This document shows positions 29,976-38,592 of a DNA stretch of 40,994 nt, piece by piece (the first letter of the stretch is position 1; the number at the start of each line of letters is the position of its first letter). Origin of the DNA: an uncultured Spirochaetota bacterium (GTDB taxonomy: Bacteria > Spirochaetota > Spirochaetia > SZUA-6 > CAVTHK01); the NCBI GenBank assembly GCA_963734495.1, contig CAVTHK010000004.1, positions 1 through 40,994 on the forward strand. Direction: 5' to 3'. The notes below the pieces were generated by a model. It made no database searches. It saw nothing but the letters and a program-made list of their open reading frames with translations, and was not told where the DNA came from. The translations under genes were made by a program, and so were the position numbers.

Positions 29976-31203
29976 CTAGGTGAAGGCGCCCGCCGCGGCC
30001 AGCGGCGCGAGGCCGCGGGACGCGCCGTCAGGCCAGCCGGGCGGCTGGCGCACGCGAAGGCCACGCGTCTCGTCCAGCAGCCGCGAGAGGAAGCCGCTCA
30101 GCAGCAGCCAGCCCCGCCGCGTGAGCGCCAGCCGCCCGGCCCGCAGGCGCGCGCCGTGGGAGCCGCGCGTCGCCGCCCACAGCTCCTCCAGGCGGCCCAG
30201 CGCCTCCTCGCCGAAGCGCTCGCGGATCGCCCGCACGCTCACCCCGCGCGCCAGGCGCAGCCCCATCATGAGCGTCTCGAAGAGAAACTCGCGCGGCTCG
30301 ATCTCCTCAACCTGCAGCGCCGCTCCCGAGAGCCAGCCGCTCACGCTTCGCGGCCGGCTCAAGCGCACGACGCCCGTGCTGCCGCCCGGCAGGGTCGAGA
30401 CCGCGGCAGGCCCGATTCCGAGGTAGGGCCGCAGCTCCCAGTAGGAGAGGTTGTGACGGCACTCCCCGCCGGGCAGCGCGAAGTTCGAGATCTCGTAGTG
30501 CCGGTAACCGCGGGAGCGGAGCAGCCGCACGCCCGCGAGCCAGACGCGCTCCTGCTCCTCCGCCGGCATCTCGCGCAGCCTGCCGGCGCGGATCATCCGG
30601 TCGTAGGGCGTGCCCTCCTCGCGCGTGAGCGAGTAGAGCGACACGTGCCGGGGCGAGAATCGCAGCACCGCCTCGAGGTCCTCGATCAGGCGCTCCCGGC
30701 TCTGCCCCGGGATGCCCGCGAGCAGGTCGACGCTCACGTCGCCCTTCCAGCGCCGCGCGATCAGCTCCAGGGCCGCGAGCGTCTGCTCGCGCGTGGCCCG
30801 CCGGCCCAGCAGGCCGAGGAGCGCCGGCTCCAGCGTCTGCACGCCGACGCTCAGGCGCGTCGCGCCCGCGCCGCCGCAGATCTCGATGAACGCCTCGTCC
30901 ACCGTCTCGGGATTCGCCTCGACCGTGAGCTCGTCCGGCGGGCCCGCGCACCAGCGCGCGATCCCGCCGAGCAGCCGCTCGAGGTCCGGGCGGCGGAGCG
31001 CGCTCGGCGTGCCTCCGCCGACGTAGACCGTCGCGAGCCTCGGCGTGCCGAGGCAGCTCGAGGGCGCGGGAACCTTCATCTATGGTCCGATCGACCACAC
31101 GGGAGGCGCTGCCCAGCTCGGTGATGGAATAGAAGTCGCAGTACGAGCACTTGCCCAGGCAGAAGGGGACGTGGACGTACAGCGAGAGGTCAGGGACTGC
31201 CAA
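29976..31203 (-). CDS. hemW: Radical SAM heme chaperone HemW (frameshift near 31075)
   Basis: YVHVPFCLGKCSYCDF, GGGTPS, EANP, YEISNFA and HNLSYW. Confidence 0.9.
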
Positions 31204-31932
31204 GCCGCGTCACCGGCCAGTAGCGCGCGAGGGTCCGGCCGCGGATCAGGGCCTCGGGCACCGGCCCCCATGACCGCGAGTCGCTCGAGTGGGCCCGGTT
31301 GTCGCCCAGCAGAAAGTACTCGGCGTCCCCCAGCGTGATCTCCCCGGTGTCGCCGCCGAAGGGCAGGTCCGCCGGCCACTCGACCGCAGGCCTCGCGTCC
31401 ACGGTGTAGGCCCGCGGCACGAGCTCCTGCTCCTCCTGGAAGCCGACGTGCCCCGCGGGCCGCACGTACGCCCGCAGCCGCTCCATGCGCACCGTGTCGC
31501 CGGGCACACCGATCACGCGCTTGATCTCGAAGCGGGCCACGGGACGGCGGTCGGGGCCTTCGTCGATGCTGCGGTTGTTCAGCGTGAAGAAGCGCAGCAC
31601 CGTCTCGCCGACGCCCGCGAGCCACGAGCGCCGGCTCGACCCCGGGAGCTCGAAGACGACGAGATCGCCGCGGTGCGGGCTCGCCGTAGCTGCGCAGGCC
31701 GGCGGGCATCAGGCCGATCGGGATGCCGAAGGCGAGCGGCGTGGCGAAGCACGCGGTCGCCCCGCTGAAGGGCCGGCTGCATCGAGACCGAGTCCACGCG
31801 CACCGAGAAGACCGCCACGCGGGTGACCAGGCTGTACAGGATGATCACGAGGGCGACCAGCGCGACGACCTTCAGGACCGGCTTGACCCGGCTCTTCCGC
31901 CTGAGGCTGTAGCTCTCGTAGCCGCCCAGCAT
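31190..31932 (-). CDS. lepB: Signal peptidase I, second copy (frameshifted)
   Basis: TM helix, VDSVSMQPAL (Ser), EIKRVIGVPGD (Lys) and LGDNR..SSDSR. Confidence 0.85.
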
Positions 31933-31957
31933 GTCTTATCTCACGACTGTCCGGCGA

Positions 31958-32942
31958 CTATCTCACGACGCCGATCCGCGCGAGAGGCCAGAAGCGCACG
32001 GTGGCCCGTGCCGAGCACCTTTTTGAAGGTCACCGCGTTAAAGTAGCGCGCGTCGCGGGAGTTGTCGCGGTTGTCGCCCATGGGGAAGAGGTAGCGGTCG
32101 CCGATGTACCAGCCCAGATCGCGCTTGCGCCACTCGCGGCCGTAGCGCGAGGTGTGCGGGCTCACCTCGTAGCGCGTGCGGTTCCAGATCAGCTCGGCGT
32201 GGTAGATGTCCCGGTAGCGCGCGCCTTCGAGCTGCTGGCTCAGCTTGGCCGTGTCGACGTCGGTCTTGATCCCGGCGTCCTCCAGCGCGACGGCGCGGGT
32301 CAGCCGGTCGAGCGTCGCATAGCTCTCGGCGGGAAAGAGCCGCCGCGTGGAATAGACGAGGTCCAGCCTCCGCTTGAGCTCGCTTTCGGGGATCCAGGCG
32401 GTCTCGCCGGGCGGCAGGAACTCCATGTTCCCCCGCACGACGCGCATGCGGTCGCCGGGCATCCCGATCGCGCGCTTGATGAGAAAGTGCACCGCCACGT
32501 TTCCGCTCTCGTCGCGGTCGATGTCGACCAGCGTCAGGGTGAGCATGTACAGCAGCCGCTGCACGATGTCGAAGGCGGGGCCCCTGGAGATGTAGGTCGG
32601 GTTCTCGAAGATCACCACCTCGCCGCGCCGCGGGACGCGGAAGCCCGCCACCTTGAACTGGCCCGGCACGAGCTCGGGGCCGAACACGAGCTTGTTGACG
32701 AAGATCCGATCGCCGATCTCGAGGGAGCCGACCATCGACTCCGACGGGATCATGTAGGCCTGGAACAGGTACTGGTTGATGAGAAGAACGATCAGCGCCG
32801 CGGACAGGATCACCTCGATCCAGTCGACCACGGGGTTCTTGCGCCGCTGCTTTTCCTTTTTGATCAGCTTGCGCCGCTTCCGCCACGTGAGGAAGCGCTC
32901 GGTCGCGAGCTGCAGGTCTTTCTGCCAATCGGCCCAAGTCAT
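31958..32942 (-). CDS. lepB: Signal peptidase I (3' end approximate)
   Basis: IPSESM (Ser), GDRIFV, LIKRAIG (Lys) and GDNRDNSRDAR. Confidence 0.92.
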
Positions 32943-32951
32943 GTCCGGGCG

Positions 32952-33003
32952 AACATAACACGGAAGGCTTTCGTTGACAAGCAATTGCGCGCATACCTAT
33001 AAT
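32952..33003. promoter_or_regulatory. Back-to-back sigma70 promoters with overlapping -35 boxes
   Basis: Plus strand TTGACA(32974)-18-TATAAT(32998); minus strand TTGTCA(32980)-17-TATGTT(32957). Confidence 0.72.
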
Positions 33004-33009
33004 TCGCAC

Positions 33010-34647
33010 ATGCCGAAAAACAGGGAGCCTCTGCCTGATTTCTCAGACGTGCACGTGCGGCTCAAGCCTTTCCTGGGGATGGCTCCCGGCGCCTACCTCA
33101 CGGTGCTGTACGCGGTCGCGCTGCTCGCGCTCGTCTTTCTCTTTCTCCTGCTGCCGGGCATCCGCTCGAACGGCACCGTCGTGAGCTTCGCGACCGAGCC
33201 CGCGCGGCAGCCGCGGTCTGGGTCGACGGCGACTACCGCGGCGCGACGCCCTGCGACGTGTTCGTCCGGCAGGGCAACCGCGAGGTCGAGCTGCGCAAGG
33301 CCTTCTACAAGAGCACGACCATCAAGAAGAAGTTCGCCGGCCGCATCTTCGGGACCCTGCTCTTCCCTCGCCGCGAGCACATCACGGCCCGCATGGTCGT
33401 GAGCGACCCGCAGGGTCTCATCTCGTGGACGGGCGGAGCAGGTCGCCGAGTGGAGCCTGCTGCGCGACTTCGCGCTGTCGTACCAGATCCCGCCGTACCT
33501 GAGCGAGTCCGTCGGCGCGCTCGCGCGCCTTCGCGACCCGGCCGCCCTGGCCGGCGCGCGGTCGCTCCTGCTCACCGCGGCGGCCGGCACGGATTCCGAG
33601 GCCGAGCTCCGCGAGCTCGTCGCCGCCACCGCGGCGTACGCCTCGCGGGGCGCGCTGCTCTCGCGCCGCCGGCGTGGGGCGGTTGCTGCGCGCGGCGGTC
33701 GACTTGAACAGGACGGTCGCCTCCTTTCCCCTCTGGGTCACCCAGGCGCTCGACGGCGACGAATCCGCTGCGCGCTCGCTGCTCGCGTCGCAGGCGCTCT
33801 CGTCGCACACGCGCCGCGTGCTCGAAGTCCGCGCGGCGCGCGGAGTCCGCGCCGGCCGTCGCCGCGGGCGGGGGCGCGCCGGTGGTCGCCGGCATCCGCT
33901 TCCTCCCGGTCGCCGGCGGCGTGCAGCTCGTGGGTCGCGAGCGTCGCGGACGCCGCGACACGGGTCGATGCGTTGCTGCCGGTCCCGGTCCGCGTCGAGC
34001 CGTTCTGGCTCGGCGAGACCGAAGTCACGCGCGAGCAGTTCGCGCAGTTCCTGATGGCCGAGCCGCGCTGGGCCGATCGACCGGCGCTCATCCGCGACGG
34101 ACACGTCACCTCGGCGTATCTCGAAGGTTGGGAAGGCACCCGCTACCCCGCGGGGACCGACTCGCTGCCGGTCGTCGGCGTCTCCTGGTACGCAGCCGCC
34201 GCCTTCTGCTCGTGGCTCACCACGCAGCTTCCGCAGTACCTCGCCGCTACGAGGTGCGGCTGCCGAGTGAGGCCGAGTGGCAGCGTGCTGCCGGGCAGCC
34301 CGCCGCCCCCGGAAAATGCCGCGTTCCTGGGGGCGGGCTCTCTCAAGCCGGCGGGGGCGTCGCAGCCCGGCCCCTACGGCCAGCGCGACCTCTGGGGCAA
34401 CGCGTGGGAGTGGTGCATCGACGCGTACCTCCCGGTCCGCAACCTTCTTTCGTCTCCCAATCCCGATGCGGCCGATCCTCTTGCGGGCGCGTTCGGCGTG
34501 GAGCGCGTGGTCAAGGGCGGGTCGTGGGCGAACTCCCGTGACGACTTCGGCTCGTTCGTGCGCGGGTCGCAGCCGCCGGACTGGTGCACGCCCTACACCG
34601 GCTTCCGGGCGGCGCTCGTGAAGCGGGCGGCTCCAGGACGCAGATGA
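33010..34647 (+). CDS. Membrane-anchored PEGA-like + FGE/SUMF1-fold protein (several frameshifts)
   Basis: N-terminal TM helix, then VWVDG.YRGATP (PEGA-like), ETEVT..QF, PVVGVSW..A, LPSEAEW, GNAWEW, KGGSW and GFR. Confidence 0.8.
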
Positions 34648-35108
34648 GCGACACAGCGGTCAAGACCCTGTCGACGAACCGCAAGGCGCGCCACGAGTAC
34701 AACTTTATCGAGACTCTCGAGTGCGGGATGGAGCTCAAGGGCACCGAGGTCAAGTCGATGCGCTCGGGCCGTTTCGCGTTTGCGGATTCCTACGGGTGGG
34801 TCGAGGGCGATCAGCTCTGGCTCCTCGGCTTCCGCATCTCGCCGTACGACTTCGGCAACCGGAACAACCACGACCCCGATCGGCGGAAGCGCCTTCTCGT
34901 GCACAAGAAGGAGCTGCTCAAGCTCAAGCGCCGCGTCGTCGAAAAAGGGTTGACCCTGATTCCGGTGCGGGTCTACCTTAACAGGAAAGGCAGGGTCAAG
35001 CTCGAGCTGGCCGTGGCTCGCGGCAAGAAGCTCTACGACAAGCGGGCGGACATCAAGAGCCGCGACATGAAGCGCGACTCCGACCGCGAGATGCAGGGCC
35101 GGGATTGA
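34644..35108 (+). CDS. smpB: SsrA-binding protein
   Basis: NRKARHEY, GTEVKS, RKRLLVHK and GKKLYDKR. Confidence 0.97.
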   Translation: MSDTAVKTLSTNRKARHEYNFIETLECGMELKGTEVKSMRSGRFAFADSYGWVEGDQLWLLGFRISPYDFGNRNNHDPDRRKRLLVHKKELLKLKRRVVEKGLTLIPVRVYLNRKGRVKLELAVARGKKLYDKRADIKSRDMKRDSDREMQGRD

Positions 35109-35127
35109 CCTGCCGGACATTCAATCA

Positions 35128-35465
35128 GGGGGTGAAACGGATTCGACTGGTGGATTTGAGGCTGAGGCTGCAGGAGGAGCGCCATCTCTTGAAACTGGCA
35201 ACTCTCTTTCAAGTGCCAACGATCAGTTTGCACTGGCTGCGTAAGTAGCTCGGGCCCCAGGGACCCTGTTCCGAGTGCCTGGTAAGCCTGTAACAGACCG
35301 GGACTTGCCTGGTAGGGCGTCCGCGACTTACCGGGGACACATTTTGCGGACTCCGGCGCCGGTGGTTGGCCGACTTCCCAACCGGCGACGAGCCAAAAGC
35401 CGGATACTCCTGTAGACGCCGAGGTCTTGCCCTCCAGGACGCGGGTTCGACTCCCGCCACCTCCA
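35128..35465 (+). ncRNA. ssrA: tmRNA; tag (A)ANDQFALAA at 35215-35244; CCA not encoded
   Basis: 5' GGGGGTGAAACGGATTCGAC; 3' GACGCGGGTTCGACTCCCGCCACCTCCA with a G3-U pair; tag ends LAA-TAA; adjacent to smpB. Confidence 0.96.
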
Positions 35466-35814
35466 TGATCCGACCGACTCGAAGAGAGATAGTCAGCCTT
35501 CAAGAGGCACCTCTCCACCTCGACTTGTGGCCACAGGAATCGCTCTCGGGTCAGTTCTCCGACGTATCCGCGGAAGTCTCGGAGTACGGAAGAAAGCGCG
35601 TCGATCCACGTTTGGCGAATACAACCGGTGCGACGCATCATGAACGTAAAGAGGCCGTGACTGCGAGGGCATCGGGCAGAAACGTCCAATCGCAGACAGG
35701 CTACGATCATATCTCGACCCCGATGCCCACGCGGCAGACCGCAGGCGCGCCTTGCCGAGAAGAGCACAGGCGGCATCGATCGCGAGGCTCAGGTACTTGG
35801 CCTTGCCCTGCTCA

Positions 35815-38019
35815 TCAGTTGCAGTGACGATGCCGCTTGATGATATCGTCCTGGAGATCCGGCGTCAGGTGCACGAATCGAGCTGAAAACCCTCCCACAC
35901 GCACAATCAGGTGCTCATACGACCCGGGGTCTTCCTTTGCGCGCACGAGCTCGGCCACATCGACCGACGTGTTCCCCTGGAACATCTGACCGCCAAGATC
36001 GAAGAAGGTCGTCATCAGACTCTGCAGCAACTCCTGGTTGATCCAGGCCGGGTCGAAATCCCACATCGTCGACGCGCCCCCCGTGAGCCGATGGTAGGGG
36101 ATCCTGGTGTTGGACAGGATCGCAGCGGTCACCCCTTCGGTCATCGCCGCGCTCTGTGGGGTGACCCCCTGCGCAACGGCAGTCCGAGCACGGTTCCCGT
36201 CCGCAGTAGCCCCGAGCTTCGATCCTGCCTGGTTGGCCCAGATGAAGGTCATTACCACAGGCTTGACTGCTCCACCCCAACGATTCGTGTAGCTCTCGTA
36301 GATGTCGCAGACGCTGTTGATGAACCTCACCGCCATTTCGTCTGCCTCGGCGTTGTCTCGGCCGTACTTCGGGATGGATCTGAGAACGAGCCGCAGCGCT
36401 TGGTATCCTTCGTAGTCCGCCTCGAGTGCACGCACCAGCTCGCTGGCTGTGCATCTTCGGTCGTCAAAAACCGCCTTCTTGATGGCGAACAACGAGTCCG
36501 CGGCGTTCGGCATACCGACCGGCGCCGTTCCGTAATCATGGTACCGCGCGCCGCCTCCGTGCATGTTCCTCCCCCGCAGGAGGCAATCGTTGACGAGACT
36601 GGACGCGAGGTAGACCGGCCGGTACTTCTCGGCGTATTCGCTCATGATGTCCAGCGTTTCGAAGTACACGTGCAGTATCCGCGTCATTTCTTGCACGAGC
36701 TCGGCATAGAAGTCCTCGAAAGAGCCGTAGCTCTCGAGCCCCCTGAACCTCACGATGTCGTATCGGTTGCCTGTGACCAGACAGCGCCCGCCGGTGATGG
36801 CAAGCTCGACGAACTTCGGGATGTTGTGCCAACCGGAAAACAGCAGATCGCTGTTGTTGGCCGGACCTCCGATCTCCATGCAGCCGTTCGCAGTATAGCC
36901 GAGCGCCTCGGAGTAAGGCATGCCTCGGTGGGCCAGCGCGCCGGCGATCGCCGTGTCGCTCAGTATCATCCCGCGATTGCCGCTCTCGTAGAGGTATCGG
37001 GACGCCAGCTCGACGTATTCCTTGGGAGGATTGCTGGGCATCTTGAGATAGACCAGCAGGTCAGTGATGCTCAGCTCCATGATCGCTTCCACCATCACAT
37101 AGGTGAGCGGGTTGATCGCCGGAGCGCCGTTCGGATGACTTCCGCCGACCATGACGGTGTCGTTGTGCGTCTCCGACATGGCCACCCGCTCGTCAAACCT
37201 GATGAACAGCTCGGCTACCAACTCCTTGGCGTCCGCCATGGTGCATCTGCCCGCGGCCAGGTCGCGCTCCAGATACGGCCAGAGGTGGTAATCGAGCCAT
37301 CCCGGCCCGTATGTTCCACAGGCGGTCTCCCGCGAAACGGCAAAGTAGAGCATGTTCAACGCCTGAACAGCTTCCTCGAACGTTTCGGCCGGCTTGCGCG
37401 GGACCTTGCGGCATAGCCGCACCAGGTCATGGCGCCCACGCCGCTCCAGCTCGGCCACGTGACGGTCGTTCCACTCGAGGAGGGCGTCCAGCATGATCAG
37501 CACGCCGTTGTAGAACTCGATAGACTCGGGGTCTTTGGTCCTGTCCAGGTGACCACGGCAGAGATCTTTCATGCCGTCAACGCCCATATGGAGAACCCGC
37601 TCGAAGCTGTACGACACGTGTCCGTAGACCATGAAATCGTTGCAGAGGGAAGAGTCCATGTATTGGGAGAAGAACGCCGGATACCTGCGGGCGATCTCGG
37701 TGTTCATCAGCTTCCTGGCCTCTATGTCCGGGGCACCGACGTCGTTCTGGCGGTTCAACCCGAACACGTCGGCTTCATCGATCAACTCGTTCTGTTTGAG
37801 GTAGTACCGCCCTGTGATGTGGTCATCGTCGTTGATGATGACGGGCTGGTTCACGAGCCCGTACGCGTTGCTGCGCGCGTACCTCTCCCACGCAGGAAGG
37901 TCGGCATAGAGCCGGTCATATGCGTAGCGCGTGTTCTTGTTGTATACGAGCTTCGGTGGGTTCAAGGCATGTGCTCGCGCGTCCGCTTCGATCCTGCGAA
38001 TTCGTTCTGAGAGGCTCAC
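35815..38019 (-). CDS. Glycyl radical enzyme (PFL-like superfamily), substrate unknown
   Basis: Gly loop LIVRVGGFS, Cys loop NGCME, PAETFEEAVQ, PKYGRD and GATADG. SD GAGGAGG precedes GTG at 38019. Confidence 0.92.
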   Translation of the reverse strand: MSLSERIRRIEADARAHALNPPKLVYNKNTRYAYDRLYADLPAWERYARSNAYGLVNQPVIINDDDHITGRYYLKQNELIDEADVFGLNRQNDVGAPDIEARKLMNTEIARRYPAFFSQYMDSSLCNDFMVYGHVSYSFERVLHMGVDGMKDLCRGHLDRTKDPESIEFYNGVLIMLDALLEWNDRHVAELERRGRHDLVRLCRKVPRKPAETFEEAVQALNMLYFAVSRETACGTYGPGWLDYHLWPYLERDLAAGRCTMADAKELVAELFIRFDERVAMSETHNDTVMVGGSHPNGAPAINPLTYVMVEAIMELSITDLLVYLKMPSNPPKEYVELASRYLYESGNRGMILSDTAIAGALAHRGMPYSEALGYTANGCMEIGGPANNSDLLFSGWHNIPKFVELAITGGRCLVTGNRYDIVRFRGLESYGSFEDFYAELVQEMTRILHVYFETLDIMSEYAEKYRPVYLASSLVNDCLLRGRNMHGGGARYHDYGTAPVGMPNAADSLFAIKKAVFDDRRCTASELVRALEADYEGYQALRLVLRSIPKYGRDNAEADEMAVRFINSVCDIYESYTNRWGGAVKPVVMTFIWANQAGSKLGATADGNRARTAVAQGVTPQSAAMTEGVTAAILSNTRIPYHRLTGGASTMWDFDPAWINQELLQSLMTTFFDLGGQMFQGNTSVDVAELVRAKEDPGSYEHLIVRVGGFSARFVHLTPDLQDDIIKRHRHCN

Positions 38020-38592
38020 GGCATCCTCCTCTGTCCGCACCGACAACGGCTCCTCGTCTGCGCTCTACGGCCGCGCGCGTGAGCCGCAACCCGGTCACCT
38101 GCTGTACTAGAGACCCATTCACGAGACACGTCAATCGCGGAACCTTGCGTCCCATCGTGCCGTCGCCGCAGCTCGGCTGATCGCAGCAATCGACCCGCCG
38201 GGGCGGGTCGCCTGACCCCTCGGGCAGGAGCCTTGCCGCCTCCTGGTTTCGGCCCGTGGCCTGCGTGTGTCGCGGCTACCGCTGCCAATTCTGTGGGATG
38301 TCATCCGCAAGGGTCTTCGCCTGCTGTCGCTCGACCGCAGCCTCGATTGTCGTTCTGAGCATTCCGCAACCATCGCAGGCCTCGGAAGGTTCAGCGCAAC
38401 TCCTTGCTGCAATATGAATTGCGCGGAAGTTATCCGAAGAAGCGGTGCAAGGGCTCCGACGGAATCCGAGTTCCCGGGACCTCCATCGCTCCGGCGTGGC
38501 CGTTTACCCGCGCGGGTCCGTCGCTACTTCCCCCCTGACGCCCCGCCAAAGTGTCGGTGCGCGGGATTCCGTGTACAATCGAGGTTGCGGTC

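Noticed and set aside
29976..31203. The radical SAM gene as activase for the GRE or maturase for the sulfatase
   Set aside because: It carries HemW signatures (HVPFC, HNxxYW) and lacks GRE-activase or SPASM features.
31190..32942. Tandem signal peptidase I genes as a novelty
   Set aside because: Multiple lepB genes near smpB or hemW are, from memory, ordinary in spirochaetes, and both copies keep the Ser/Lys dyad.
34380..34647. FGE/CLec-fold C-terminus as a diversity-generating retroelement target
   Set aside because: No template repeat or reverse transcriptase seen in the window, and the gene sits in a housekeeping context.
35033..35776. Minus-strand ORFs across tmRNA (MEVAGVEPAS..., ...GGGGSRTRV...)
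   Set aside because: These are the typical antisense translations of a tmRNA/tRNA T-arm and show no integrase motifs.
38135..38170. Minus-strand TGGGACGCAAGG resembling a c-di-GMP-I riboswitch upstream of the GRE
   Set aside because: The preceding GGCAAACC...GAAA stem-loop is missing, so the match is too partial.
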